Of a DNA stretch of 64,000 bases, positions 26,537 through 37,700 are shown one piece after another. A program made the translations under genes and the position numbers. This stretch comes from a virus. Its lineage: Duplodnaviria > Caudoviricetes. The notes under the pieces were generated by a model that had not been told where the DNA came from, did not search any database, and saw nothing but the letters and a program-made list of their open reading frames with translations. The stretch lies in the IMG/VR virus record IMGVR_UViG_2934356561_000002, positions 1-64,000 of that record; one strand, 5' to 3'. Position 1 is the first letter of the stretch; each line of letters begins with the position of its first letter.

Positions 26537-26896
26537 TCAGGCAACCGGGGAAGCGGACTTGGCCGCCTCTGCCGGTACGGGCGCAGTGACCTGCGTCCGG
26601 TCCCACATGCCGACGACGATCGTGACCGCGGTCAGTACGACGGCCTGCTGGTCGGCGGACCAGTCGAGGCCGAGTCCCAGAGCGAGAGCGAGTGCTGCCT
26701 GTGCGAAGCCGACGATGGCGGCTCCCAGTCCGTCGTTCGCGACGACGGCGATGGCGATACCCATGGCCGCGGCCGCCACGGCGTTGATGTACGCCTGCAC
26801 GTCGGTGGAAACGTCGAGCCCGAACGCGGCGAGCAGCTTCACGAGGATGGCGAACAGGGCCAGCAAGGCGGCCGGCTCTCTTCCGAAGAACTTCAC
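26537..26896 (-). CDS. Holin
   Basis: MKFFGREPA..., about 4 TM helices, directly after the endolysin. Confidence 0.8.
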   Translation of the reverse strand: MKFFGREPAALLALFAILVKLLAAFGLDVSTDVQAYINAVAAAAMGIAIAVVANDGLGAAIVGFAQAALALALGLGLDWSADQQAVVLTAVTIVVGMWDRTQVTAPVPAEAAKSASPVA

Positions 26897-26929
26897 GGGA
26901 TGCTCCTTGGAGGGCGAGGCAGGGGTAGG

Positions 26930-28336
26930 TCAGGACTTGGGAACGCGTAGTGCGTCCCACGAGGTCTTGCCGGGGATGCCGTCGCAGTCGGCGTCGGACC
27001 AGCCGAGCTTGTGGGCCTTGCTGTACTTCCTCTGCCAGGCAGCGAAGCTAGACCGGTCGGCGTTGGTCCAGTTCGGGCCAGGTCCGCTGCTGTAGGCACC
27101 GCACCCCTCGGCGACCAGCCGGCGCCCCATCGCGGTGATGACGGCGGAGTGGCGGCCCCCGTGGAAGAAGGAGGCGCCGGGGAACGGCTCCAGCGGCTGC
27201 GCGGACGGTGCTGCCGCAGCAGAGATCTTCAGCTTCTGACCGACGGACAGCTTGTTCGGGTCCTTCAGGCCGTTCAGCTTCACCAGTGCGGCCACCGTGG
27301 TCTTGTGCGCGGCCGCTACGGAAGAGAGAGTGTCGCCCTTCTTCACCGTGTACGTGCCGCCTGAGCTGGCGCCGCCACCGGTGCTCGGCGGCGGCGTGCT
27401 GGCCGCCTTGCCCGGGACAATGCTGGTGTCGATCGCACCCGGATCCCAGTGGTCGTTGCCGGGGACCTGCGCGTGGGCGTAGTGGCCGCCCTTCGTCTGC
27501 CAGGTTGTACGGTCGCGCCCGGCCTTCACCGCAGCGGTCGAGGTGGCCGGCGGCTTCCCGGCGGGCCACACATCGGGGACTCCGTGCGCGCGCATCGCCG
27601 CGAGGAGCTTCTGGAAGCCCGGCTTCTTCGCCAGGTCGAAGCCCTTCGTCCACGGGGAGGCGGCCCGGCCAAGGACCTCGACCTGAATGTTCACCTTGCC
27701 CTCTCGGTTCGTCCGCCGACTGCCGTCGTTCTTCAGCGCGCGGCCGCTCGAGGTCAGGGGTCCGAACTGGCCGAGCTTGTCCGTGACGGGGTCGTAAATG
27801 ACCTGCGGTTCGGCGCCGACGCGGATCAGGTACGCGGCAATCGACGTCAGATAGGAACCGCCTGCCGGGGACTCGGTGGTGTGCCAGGTGGACCGGGGCG
27901 GGTTGCCGGGCGTGTCCATGGCACCGCCGATGGACTGGGCCCCGAAACGGACCACTCCGTCGATGTACGTCGGGCCGGAAGCACCGCGCGGCAGGGCCAC
28001 GTACTCCTCGGGGCCGTCCTCGCCCACGACAGGCGCGCTTCCCTCTTCGAGGACGCCGCCGGTGGCGAACCCGCCCTTCGGCGCCGGGTCGGGGTCGTAC
28101 ACCCGGTACTCGGCGGCGTCGGTGGGGACGTACACGTCCAGGTCACCGTCGTCACGCAGAACGCAGAAGGCGCCCTCTTGCCGAGGGTGCTCCTTGACCC
28201 ACCGCTCGGTGGTGTCGAGCGAGGCGATGGCGCGGACCTGGTCGACGTGGTCCTGGTCGACGATCCCGCAGTAGGTCGTGGTGGTCTCGAGGGTGTCGGG
28301 GTCTATGTGGTCGACCGCAGCGTGGAAGGTAGTCAT
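26930..28336 (-). CDS. Endolysin (amidase-like, LysM and peptidoglycan-binding domains)
   Basis: WHTTES, QVEVLG, HAQVPGNDHWDPG; YTVKKGDTLS LysM; C-terminal DGIPGKTSWDAL. Confidence 0.9.
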   Translation of the reverse strand: MTTFHAAVDHIDPDTLETTTTYCGIVDQDHVDQVRAIASLDTTERWVKEHPRQEGAFCVLRDDGDLDVYVPTDAAEYRVYDPDPAPKGGFATGGVLEEGSAPVVGEDGPEEYVALPRGASGPTYIDGVVRFGAQSIGGAMDTPGNPPRSTWHTTESPAGGSYLTSIAAYLIRVGAEPQVIYDPVTDKLGQFGPLTSSGRALKNDGSRRTNREGKVNIQVEVLGRAASPWTKGFDLAKKPGFQKLLAAMRAHGVPDVWPAGKPPATSTAAVKAGRDRTTWQTKGGHYAHAQVPGNDHWDPGAIDTSIVPGKAASTPPPSTGGGASSGGTYTVKKGDTLSSVAAAHKTTVAALVKLNGLKDPNKLSVGQKLKISAAAAPSAQPLEPFPGASFFHGGRHSAVITAMGRRLVAEGCGAYSSGPGPNWTNADRSSFAAWQRKYSKAHKLGWSDADCDGIPGKTSWDALRVPKS

Positions 28337-29157
28337 GGGCGGACTCCGTCGAGTCGGGGCTGGATGATGTCGACCTGGTCGCGCATGGCCAGGTAGGTGG
28401 CGAGGGTCAGGCGGCCATCGCCGTGGTCCGCCCAGGAGGCCGACCAGGAGTTCCGGAATCGGATGACGGTCTGGTCCGGCAGCAGCTCGCCGTCTCGGAG
28501 GGCGACGGTCTCGAGGGCGGTCACGCAGACTTCATGGCCACCTTCGAGCGGGGACGACGCCCAGTTCGGCTCCGCATCCACGAATCCGTTGCTGTCCGGC
28601 TCGGAGAACGCGGCGTACCAACTCATGCCCATGAGAACGGGCCCGGCCTGCAGGAGCGTGCACAGCTCCTCGGCCGTGGTGGCGTGCCCGTACTGGTCGA
28701 TGAGGCCGCGGTCGCGGAGGACCTTGGCGACGCCGAGGCCGGACGAGCCGACGTCCTGGCTGGGCCACTGGGCATCGCGCCACTGGTCGCGTTCGGTGGC
28801 GTCGGCGTACAGGCCGATCGCGTAGTGCTCGGCAGCGGTGGCGTCGCCCGTGTTCAGCCCGGCCCCGGTGGCCTGCTCCTTGTTCAGAAGGATCGACAGG
28901 AGCGCGGTGCCGGCGTTGCCGGTGCAGGAGGACAGGGCGTCGACGTCCTCGTCGAGGCCGTAGTCCTGGGATGTGTAGATGCCCTGTGCGATGAGGTTCT
29001 GCTGGTCGAGGACGGGGATGCGCGGTTCCCACTCGGTGGCGCGGAGGGGTTGCCCGTCGTAGGGGCGCCGGTAGGCGAGGCTGCGCGGGTCCATGACCTG
29101 CTGCCGCCCGAGGTGCGGCGGCGTGTTGTACGTGCGGATCGTGAGATCGGTGGGCAC
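28333..29157 (-). CDS. Papain-like (C1) cysteine peptidase
   Basis: DQ...SCTGNA, GGHEVCV, FRNSWSASWADHG catalytic motifs. Confidence 0.82.
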   Translation of the reverse strand: MPTDLTIRTYNTPPHLGRQQVMDPRSLAYRRPYDGQPLRATEWEPRIPVLDQQNLIAQGIYTSQDYGLDEDVDALSSCTGNAGTALLSILLNKEQATGAGLNTGDATAAEHYAIGLYADATERDQWRDAQWPSQDVGSSGLGVAKVLRDRGLIDQYGHATTAEELCTLLQAGPVLMGMSWYAAFSEPDSNGFVDAEPNWASSPLEGGHEVCVTALETVALRDGELLPDQTVIRFRNSWSASWADHGDGRLTLATYLAMRDQVDIIQPRLDGVRP

Positions 29158-29260
29158 TCGCCCGTGCTCCTGCACTCCCCGCGCCCAGAGCTGATGGCTG
29201 GTGTGCTGCGCCGGCCGGGCCGGGTGGCAGTCCCTCGGGGGTGGAGCGTGGGCGGAGGGT

Positions 29261-29310
29261 CGCCCTGTGGATCAGCGTACGGGCTGGCGGGCCGGGTGTT
29301 GCCCCCGCTC
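29261..29310 (-). promoter_or_regulatory. Late-type promoter of the protease/lysis cassette
   Basis: GGGGCAACA-N17-TACGCT-N8-GGGCG. Confidence 0.6.
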
Positions 29311-29317
29311 GGACCCG

Positions 29318-29548
29318 CTACATGACCTCGGGCTGCGGATCGAGGCGGGTGGCGCTGGTGATCGTCATGAGCTGGGAGCACAGACCGCACTGGACGGTGA
29401 TGATGTGGCCGTCGTTGGAGTACAGCTCCGCGATGTCGAAGGTCTTGCCGATGTTCTCGCAGTCGGGGTTGGTGTCGGTCACGGTCGCGGAGTAGTACGT
29501 GGCGGGTTCAAAGGTGATGCCGTCGGCGACGGGGCTAGTGGCGGGCAT
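29318..29548 (-). CDS. Small Cys-containing tail-associated protein
   Basis: 76 aa following the tail fibre; CGLC. Confidence 0.7.
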   Translation of the reverse strand: MPATSPVADGITFEPATYYSATVTDTNPDCENIGKTFDIAELYSNDGHIITVQCGLCSQLMTITSATRLDPQPEVM

Positions 29549-29570
29549 GGGGATGTCCTTCCGTTGCTGG

Positions 29571-31769
29571 TCAGATACCGATGAGAAGCCACCACACGGT
29601 GGTGGTGCCTGTGTTCGTCCGGTTCAGCCAGACAGTGAGGCCGCCGGCCGACTGGCCGTTCGCGGAGACACCGAGGAGCTGGGTTCCGGGCACGCCGCTT
29701 GCGGCGGTGACGAATGCGCGGAATGTGGTGCCTGCGACGTTGAGGCCGGACACGAGGGCGGAGGCGGGAACGCTGCCGGTGGTCGTGGTGACGGTCACAG
29801 AACCGAACGCGATGTTCTGCGCGGTGAAAATGCCGTTGGCTGTGAGCGCTGCGGACCGCATGTAGATCTCGTCGCCCTTGACCTGCAGGACGGAGCTGGC
29901 TCCCCCGTCGCCGTTCTGTGCCCACAGTTCAAGGAGTGACGGCCCGGCCGCGGCTCCGTCTTTGCCGGTGATGTAGGCGTAGTCGCGCGTGCTGGACGTC
30001 GCGACCTTGAACTGGCCGCCCTTGCCGACGGCTGGTGACGTGAGGTCGAGGTGTGCGCTTCCGGAGTCCACGTAGGGGGCTTGCACGGCCGTCATCGGTT
30101 GGGGTGTTGCCCCTACATTGACGACGGTTGACCACAGCAGTCCGGGCGAGGTCTCTGCGGATGCCCCTGAGTAGAGAGCGAGCCCGGGAACGTTGGTGCC
30201 TCCCGCGCTCGGTCCCATCTCGAGGCGTGTGCCTGTGGCGCCGGTGCGAACAGTGGACCCGGTCACGGTGGCGCCGGTGATGGTGCCACCGGTGATTGAT
30301 TTCCCGGTGATGGCGTCGGCGGCGATCGATGCGGCGGTGACGGCCCCGTTCGCAATGTTGACGGAGTTGACGACGCCGGTCGGCACGGTTTCGACCGTGA
30401 CCTGGTCGATTTGCATGGTGCCGCCCGTTGCACCCGTCAGCAGGCGTACCGAGGGGCGGACGTAGCGAGTGCTGGAGTGCATTCTGCCGGGGGCGGTCGG
30501 TAGCGGGCAGGCCGTTGTCGTGCCGGTTGCGGCGGTGCCCTGCACATAGCCGGTGAACGTCGTCCACGAGGTGCCAACGTTGATGGTGACGCCGTTGGCG
30601 GCGATGTAGTGCTGCCCTGTGACCGCGTTGTTCGCCCCGGTGGAGCTGACTCTGGTGATGGCGTCGGCGGCCACTCCGACGAGACCGATCGATACGACTG
30701 GCGTGCCGGCTGTGGGGGCGGCCGTGGTACGGACGCGGGCAGTGACCCGGTACAGGGCGTCCGGGTCGTAAGGCGTGTTGTCGACGCGCTCGATGGTGAC
30801 AGGGCCCTGGCCCTGAATGACGGTACCGCCAGCCGCAGCGTCGGTGACGCCGGAAAGGACGGACCAGGTGCCGGCGCCGATCGTGGTCGCCCACAGGGTG
30901 GCATCACCCATCGAGTCCGTGATCTTTGTCGCGATGGACTGGGCGATGCCGACGGTCAGGGCGTTGGTGGTGACGGCCCCCGCGGCGATCTTCCCCGTGG
31001 TGATGGCGTTCGCTGCGACCTTGTCCGCGGTCACGGCGAGGGCATCGAGTTTCGCAGTGGTGACGGCCCCTGCCGCGATCTTTGACGCGTTGACGGCGTC
31101 CGTGTCGATCTGCGCAGCCTGAATGGCGGCGGCCACGATCTTCGGGGTCGTGATCGCGTTTTCGGAGATTTTTGTCGTGCCGATTGCGCCGGTCGCGACC
31201 TTCGCCGCAGTGACCGCGTCGTCCGCGAGCTTCACCGTGGTGACGATCCCATCGAGGATGTCCGTGGCAACCACCGCCGTCGGTCCGACCGGTCCGACCG
31301 TGCTGGAGGGGGCCGAGGCGGTGCCGGAGGTGCTGCGCGCCACGAGCTGTACGTACACCGGATCAGGTGTGGCAATGACGACGGTGCAGCCCTGGGCCGT
31401 CTCAACCGTGGCTTTCAGCGTGGCGGCGGTCGGAGTGTAGGCGGCGAGGGGCGAGGCGTGGACCTCTACCCGGGACCAGTCCAGCGGCATCAGCGCCCCG
31501 TCAGCGAACAGCCCGTCCCAGGACACGGTGACTCCGCCGAGGACTGACGTGACTATCGGGGCGGACGGCTGTGGCGGCGGCGGACCGTTGACCACGTTGA
31601 CCGCGGTCGTGCCATCCCCTTGCTGGCCGACAATGCCCCGCAGAGATCCGTTGCCGTCTCGGACTTCGAGGGCGGTGTCGTCCAAGGAGGCGAAGGAGAG
31701 GCGGGCGGCACGCTGAAGGCGCTCGATGTCCTTCCTCATGCGGGCGAGCTCGGCACCGATGTCCGTCAC
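29571..31769 (-). CDS. Tail fibre / receptor-binding minor tail protein
   Basis: FN3-like N-terminus, AITTxKIAAGAVT-type repeats, carbohydrate-binding-like insert. Confidence 0.8.
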   Translation of the reverse strand: MTDIGAELARMRKDIERLQRAARLSFASLDDTALEVRDGNGSLRGIVGQQGDGTTAVNVVNGPPPPQPSAPIVTSVLGGVTVSWDGLFADGALMPLDWSRVEVHASPLAAYTPTAATLKATVETAQGCTVVIATPDPVYVQLVARSTSGTASAPSSTVGPVGPTAVVATDILDGIVTTVKLADDAVTAAKVATGAIGTTKISENAITTPKIVAAAIQAAQIDTDAVNASKIAAGAVTTAKLDALAVTADKVAANAITTGKIAAGAVTTNALTVGIAQSIATKITDSMGDATLWATTIGAGTWSVLSGVTDAAAGGTVIQGQGPVTIERVDNTPYDPDALYRVTARVRTTAAPTAGTPVVSIGLVGVAADAITRVSSTGANNAVTGQHYIAANGVTINVGTSWTTFTGYVQGTAATGTTTACPLPTAPGRMHSSTRYVRPSVRLLTGATGGTMQIDQVTVETVPTGVVNSVNIANGAVTAASIAADAITGKSITGGTITGATVTGSTVRTGATGTRLEMGPSAGGTNVPGLALYSGASAETSPGLLWSTVVNVGATPQPMTAVQAPYVDSGSAHLDLTSPAVGKGGQFKVATSSTRDYAYITGKDGAAAGPSLLELWAQNGDGGASSVLQVKGDEIYMRSAALTANGIFTAQNIAFGSVTVTTTTGSVPASALVSGLNVAGTTFRAFVTAASGVPGTQLLGVSANGQSAGGLTVWLNRTNTGTTTVWWLLIGI

Positions 31770-32866
31770 GAGACTCCTCCGTACTGGAATGAAGCGGCGG
31801 GCTTGAGGCTGATGACGGCCTGGGGGCCGCCGGTGGCATGGGGTTTCACGGTCCAGCCGGTGATGCGGCACCAGCCGGTGTAGCTGGTCCATGAGTTGTG
31901 GACGCGGGTGTACACGTCGTCTCCGACTTGCCAGGACCCGAAGGGGGCTGCTGACGTGTTCCGGATGGTGATCTCGGAGACGGAGCCGAGGGTTTGCCGC
32001 CAGGCCCGTTCGGCGGCAGCGCGGGTGCCGAGGATGTCGGTGCCCTTGATGTCGGGGAGGTCCAGGGCGTGCTCCAGGCGGAGGCGGCCGTTGCGGACGG
32101 CGCTGATGGCGCGGCGCTTCGCGGACCCGTCGCCGGCGCCGTTCGCGATGACGACTTGGGCGTACTCGTCGGCGGCGAGCTCGATCTCCGGAGGCTCAAT
32201 GATGTTCTGTCCGGACGCGAAGCTGATGTCGGTGCGGCGGGCGCCGAGCCGCGGCCAGCCGAGCCGGATCCGGCGCACCGGTGCGGTTTTCGCTGAGTTC
32301 CAGGTGGTGGTGCACGTGTAGTCGGGGGTGGCGTCTCCGGACACCAGGTCGTCGACCGCGTCACCGAGGACGGGGAGCTCCCACCACAGGGACTTCAGCG
32401 GGTCGGCGGAGGTGCCGACGGTGGATGTGGACGTGGTGGAGTCGACGACGACACTGAGGTTCCCGTCGGTGACGGACTGGGCGTAGGCCCAGATGTCCCG
32501 GATCACTTTGCACCGGTCGGTGTAGGTGTAGGGGCCGCGGCCGCCGTAGTTGCCGTCGATGTCGTGCCGCCGCTGCAGGTACGACGACCACCCGGCGGCT
32601 TCGAGGGTGAGGGTGCTGTCCTGGGTACGGACGTCCCACACGAGCCCGCCCCACCGGAGCTGGCCGGCGGACTCCACGTAGATGAGGGTGGTGCCCGGGT
32701 CGATGAGGGTGGGGTTCTGGGCGATCAGGTGCGGCTCCAGCTTTCCTGTGAGGGAGCCGGGGCCATTGAGCTCGTCGCCGTACTCGATGTCGCCAAGCGG
32801 GAGGGCGAGGGACTGCCACTCCCCCGTCAGGGCGTGCTGGGTCAGGACACGGTCGGGGGCGGTCAC
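31766..32866 (-). CDS. Minor tail (hub/Tal-like) protein
   Basis: Position after Dit; LNGPGSL, WGGLVW, GSWQVGD motifs. Confidence 0.8.
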   Translation of the reverse strand: MTAPDRVLTQHALTGEWQSLALPLGDIEYGDELNGPGSLTGKLEPHLIAQNPTLIDPGTTLIYVESAGQLRWGGLVWDVRTQDSTLTLEAAGWSSYLQRRHDIDGNYGGRGPYTYTDRCKVIRDIWAYAQSVTDGNLSVVVDSTTSTSTVGTSADPLKSLWWELPVLGDAVDDLVSGDATPDYTCTTTWNSAKTAPVRRIRLGWPRLGARRTDISFASGQNIIEPPEIELAADEYAQVVIANGAGDGSAKRRAISAVRNGRLRLEHALDLPDIKGTDILGTRAAAERAWRQTLGSVSEITIRNTSAAPFGSWQVGDDVYTRVHNSWTSYTGWCRITGWTVKPHATGGPQAVISLKPAASFQYGGVS

Positions 32867-33798
32867 CGGGGGGCCTCCACGAACTCAACGTCGTACACGA
32901 AGGTGGTGAATGTGCTGACGTTGATCCGGCCGGTGTTCCCGGAGGCGCCGTTGGCTTGGGCGCGCAGTAGCTGGGTGGTGCCTCGGTAGGCGGCGGGGAT
33001 GGTGAGGGTGTCCGCCACGATGGCGGGCAGCTTGCGGACGCCGGTGCCCTGGTTGTCGTCCAGGGAGATCGGCTGGAGGGTGAGGCTGGACCCGAGCGTG
33101 GCCTGCAACGCGCCGGTGTAGTTGGCGACGGAGTAGCGGATCGGGCTGACGTCGACTCGTGCCCGGATCTGGGTGGCCCAGTCGGGCACGTAGAAGCTCA
33201 TGCCGGGTTCGGTGGAGAAGTAGGAGTACGTGGTCGAGGCGCCGATCAAGGCGCTGTCGGTGGTCGGTGAGTGGGTTTGCATCTGCCGGTCGCGTCGCGG
33301 GTTGGCCAGAAACCGCAGGTCCTTGATCATGGCGTCCGTGATCGTGGACGTGGACGCGGGAATGTCGATCCGGGCCAGGGGGATGCCGGTCCGGCCGTCG
33401 GGAATTGTTGTCGCGGCCGCAGACACGTTGCTGATGACCTGGAAGTAGTTGATCTGGTCGACGACAGGGTTGAGGGTGCCTTCGTACTCGGGGTCCTCGA
33501 TGCGCAGGATGACCATGTCGGAGCGTGCGGACCCGCCGGTGGCGGCGATCGGGACGGTGGCAGCGCCGATGTTGCAGACGGAATACGTGCCCTGGAAGGG
33601 GTTGACGCGGCCGCGGACGACTCCGGACCCGTCTCCTACCTGGACGCTGGAACCGGGGGTGCTGAGCTGGGTGACCTTGAGGTCGGTGCCCTGCGTGATG
33701 CCCTCGGCGCCGGAGACGAGGTCGCGGACCATCATGCGGAACTGCTGGGCACTGTGGGTGGCACCGTTGACGAGGATCGGCACGGGGAAAAGGGCCAT
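32863..33798 (-). CDS. Minor tail protein
   Basis: Position; RSDMVILRIEDPEY...IPLARIDIPA. Confidence 0.78.
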   Translation of the reverse strand: MALFPVPILVNGATHSAQQFRMMVRDLVSGAEGITQGTDLKVTQLSTPGSSVQVGDGSGVVRGRVNPFQGTYSVCNIGAATVPIAATGGSARSDMVILRIEDPEYEGTLNPVVDQINYFQVISNVSAAATTIPDGRTGIPLARIDIPASTSTITDAMIKDLRFLANPRRDRQMQTHSPTTDSALIGASTTYSYFSTEPGMSFYVPDWATQIRARVDVSPIRYSVANYTGALQATLGSSLTLQPISLDDNQGTGVRKLPAIVADTLTIPAAYRGTTQLLRAQANGASGNTGRINVSTFTTFVYDVEFVEAPR

Positions 33799-33810
33799 GG
33801 TGTGCGCTCC

Positions 33811-34716
33811 TCAGAGGGCGGTATAGGCGTCGCGCCAGATCAGGCGCAGGCGGGCGGTGTTCGTGTTGTCGAAGCCGGTCCAGCGCATCTCGGACTGGCC
33901 GGGCGGCAGGCTGAACAGGTCGATCCGGGAGGCTGGGGACAGGAGGGTGGAGGCATTGCCGCCGGTCTCCCGCCGAACGGTGCGGTAGCCGGGCCGGGTA
34001 TCGATCTGGATCCACTGGCTCGAGCTGGTGAGGTTCAGCGTCGGCAGGGACAGCTGCCGGCCGGACGCAACGTGGGTGATGGTGACCGTGGCGACGGGGC
34101 CGGTGATTCGGATGACTGGCCACGCATCCCCTGTTCCCTCGTTGGTGACCCATCCCGGTCGGTCCGCGGCCGTCGTCCCGGACTGCACGTGGATCGGGGC
34201 GACCACGGGCGCCTTGAAACCGCCACCGGTCAGCCATCCCAAGGGGATCTCGGTGGTGGTTTGCTCGTCGGCGTAGAACGTCGGGTCGGTGGCGATGAAC
34301 TCGATGTCGAGGGGGACGTAGCCGTGAATGACCTGCTGGTACTCCGGGTCGAGTTTCCGGAGACGGCCGTGGAGTCGCTTCACTGGGCGGCCTGGCCGCA
34401 GGATCCGCAGTGGCATCGTCGCCCCACCCGTCAGGCGTACAGCCGGGGCGTCCGCGGCGGCCTGCAGGGCGGCCACCACGTCGTGGCAGGCGCTAGGGTT
34501 CCCGGGGATACGGACCGCGGCGTCGATCTGGACCTGCCGGGCGGCGTAGTAGTCGGGGCCAGCGAAGACTCCGTCCATGGACGGCTGGTCGGCGTCGTTG
34601 TCCCGGACCGCGGGTCGGCCTAGCCCGGTTGTCTCGATGACCTGGACCGGCGTGCCGGCGCCCATGAGGACGCCCCCGAGTTCGTACTGCCAGTCCGTGA
34701 GCTCAAGCGGCGGCAC
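33811..34716 (-). CDS. Distal tail protein (Dit)
   Basis: Directly after the TMP; ATDPTFY, NEGTGDAWPVIRITGP, LPPG. Confidence 0.82.
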   Translation of the reverse strand: MPPLELTDWQYELGGVLMGAGTPVQVIETTGLGRPAVRDNDADQPSMDGVFAGPDYYAARQVQIDAAVRIPGNPSACHDVVAALQAAADAPAVRLTGGATMPLRILRPGRPVKRLHGRLRKLDPEYQQVIHGYVPLDIEFIATDPTFYADEQTTTEIPLGWLTGGGFKAPVVAPIHVQSGTTAADRPGWVTNEGTGDAWPVIRITGPVATVTITHVASGRQLSLPTLNLTSSSQWIQIDTRPGYRTVRRETGGNASTLLSPASRIDLFSLPPGQSEMRWTGFDNTNTARLRLIWRDAYTAL

Positions 34717-37700
34717 GGGCGTTCACCCCTCCCCTGCGCGCGCGCCGGACGCTGCGTCCGACCTGTGCGCCGATGTCCGACGCGCTGGCGCCGGTGCGTA
34801 CGGCTGTGACGGTGACGTTGGTGTCGCCGTCCTCGCGGATGATGACGACCGGGCGTGTGGCGCTCATGTCTGTGAGCCCGACTCCGAATCGGCCGGCGAC
34901 GTCGCGGAGGACCTTCGTCGCGGCGGTGCGCTTCCCAGGGCCGAGGGGGATGAATGCCTCTCCCCCGGTGCTGGGCTCTGCGAAGGTCACGGCACCGCCG
35001 CGGGTGGCGTAGATGCCTTCCCGGATCCCGCCGTTGGCGTAGGACAGTCCCTTGTTGGCGCGGGCCAGGTCGGCGAGGAACTGCGTGGACCGCGATCCGA
35101 GGCTGCTCTTGATCTGGGCGGTGGCCTTGTTCGCGACGGTGATGATCTCGTCTTCGCCAAGGCCGGTGGTGTCGGCGACCGAGTGCAGGCCCGTCTTGGA
35201 AGTCTTCACCGCAGCGATGATCTGGATGAGCTGTTCCAGTTCGTCCCCGGACAGCTGCTTGCCCGATGTTTTCGCCGCGGCGTTCGCAGAGCTGGCCTTG
35301 CCCTTGTTCTTCACGGCCTCGGCGGCGAGCTTCTGTGCTGCTTCGTCGCCCTGCCCGGCCAGCTGGGTGGCGAGGTCGCCGTACCCCATGGAGGCGAGCT
35401 TCGCGAGGTTCGCCTGGAAGGCGGAGGAGGTCTTGCTGGAGGCGTTGAGCTGCTTGGTGTAGTCCGCGAGGGACGCCTTGGCCAGCGGGCCGAGCTTCCG
35501 CAGGTTCGCGACGATGTCGTTGAACTGCTTCTTTGACGCTTTCGCCAGTGAGGCGACCAGCGCGGCGCCTTCTTCGCCGAGGTCCCGGAGCTGGTCGATG
35601 ACATCGGCGCCGCCCCGGGTCGCGATCTTGGAGAGGTTCTTCTCGTACGCCGTATTCGCCGACACTGCGCTCTTCAGCGTCTTCTGCCAGTCGGAGAGGC
35701 TGAACGTCTTCTTGTACCTGGACTCCGCCTTCCGGGCCGCATCTGTCGCCGTGGCCAGCGTGCGGCGGGCCTTCGCGACCCGGTTCTCGGCCGCCACCAT
35801 CTGCGCGTGGGTGTGCTTCTTGCGGCGCAGCGCGGCAAGCGCCGCCTCCGCCGACCGGAGACTGTCGACCGCGTTCTTCCTCGCGCGGATCTTCTTGTTG
35901 TACGCGTCCTTGTCGATCGGCTGGTGCGAGTCGGAGTACGCGGACTGGACGTAAGAGGTGTCCCGCCGCATCCCGGCCGGCGTGTAGGAGAAACCCCCGG
36001 AGTCGAACGCGACGACGGCACCGTCCCCGTGCCACTGCACGGACTTCGGGTCGCCCCCGAGACGGCGGATCGTCTCCTCGGTGATGGCCCGGGACCGGCC
36101 ACGCTTCGACGGGCTGAGGGGGATGTACGCCTCCCCGCCGGTCTCTTCCTCAGCCCAGACACGCCAGGCGCCGGCGGGAGCGATCTGTGCGGTGTGGTTC
36201 TCGCGGATCCCGCGCCGGTTGGTGCCGCCGTTGGCGTAGAAGTCGAGAACGCTGCCGCGGGCTTGGGGGGCCTGGACGTGGTCGGGGACGCCGTTGGCGT
36301 CCTTGTCGGCGCTGGTTGCCCTGTAGGAGAGGTAGACGCCGACGGTCTTGCCGTGGATGTTGTCGATGGCGGTCTGAATGATGCGGGCGTTGTACGTGGC
36401 GTCGCCGGTCGGGACGGTGATCGTGACGGTCTTGCCCTTGGTGTTCTTGATTTTGTAGCCGAGGGCTTCCAGGTTCTGGCGGGCTTCCTGGGTGGGCGCC
36501 TTGATGGAAAGCGTCTTGCCCTTGGTGGCCCGGACCTTGTCCTGGATCGTCTGCAGCTCCGCTTTAACCTTGCCGGTAGGCGCGGAAATGGTGAGAGTCT
36601 TGCCGTTGGTCTGGCCGAGCTTCGCGATGAGCAGGTCAAGGTCCGTGCGGGCCGCCTTCGTCGGGGCCGTGATCTTGTATTCGCGGGTGCCCGGGATCAG
36701 CTCAATCTTGTAGCCGATGTCCTCGAGCTCTTTCTTCGCCTCGTCCCCGAGGGCATCGACCTTGATGGTCTTCTTGTCAGGGAACCGCTCGAACTCGGCC
36801 TGCACGCCAAGCAGCTCTGCGAGGACGGTGTCGACGCCTTCGGTCTGCAGAAGGATCGACACCCGGCCAGGGATGAGCCCCATGGCGTCCGCGACCCCGG
36901 CAGCCTGCTTCTTACTCAGCCCGTACCCCTCACCGAGCCTGATCGCCTCGTCTCGGGCGCGCTGCATCTCCTTCGTCGCAGCCTGGATCGACTGCGGAAC
37001 GGTCTTGCCCTGAGACTGCGCGAAGTCGTACGCCTTCACGGCCGCAGTGGTCGAGCTGTCGGCGATCGTGTCGAGGGTGCTGAACAGCTGCTGGCCGTTC
37101 TTCGTGGTCGTGCTGAGGGCCCCGTTCGCACCGATCAGGGCGTTGCCCCAGCCATCGGCCTTGTCGATCCCGGCGGCCATGGCCTCGTTGGCGTTGGTGA
37201 CGGCTTCGTTGACTCGGGCTTGGGCGGCTTGGAGGCTGACGGATCCGCCGGAGAGGAGGTCGAGGGCTTCGCGCAGGGCGCGGGTGCGGGAGTCGGCGTC
37301 GGCGGTCTTGCTGGCCAGGGCCCCGACCGCGTCCTTCAGGCGGGTGTACGCGGACGTGTTACCGGCACCCTTCACGCCCTCGTTGAATGACTTGGCGTCG
37401 GCCGCCGCCTTCGCAAAGTCTCCGCCGAGCCCACCGAGCGACTTCCGGAGGTCGTCGGCGGCCCGGCCCTGGTCTGAGTACGCCTTGCCAGATGCGCCAG
37501 TCCCGTCGGGGCTGTTGTAGTAGAACTCAGAAGCCTTAGCAACCCCCAGCAGCCGCTCCTGAAGATCCTTCAAGGAGGAACCCTGGTTGGTGTAGGCGTC
37601 GACCAGGTCCGACATGGGGATTTTCGCCTCGCGAGCGACGTCAACGAGCCGTTGCTGTCCATCCGCCCACGTGTCGATCTTCTTTGACATCAGGTTCTCG

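Noticed and set aside
29571-31769. Tail fibre as target of a diversity-generating retroelement or shufflon
   Set aside because: No reverse transcriptase, template repeat or alternative fibre tips seen; internal repeats are ordinary decapeptide repeats
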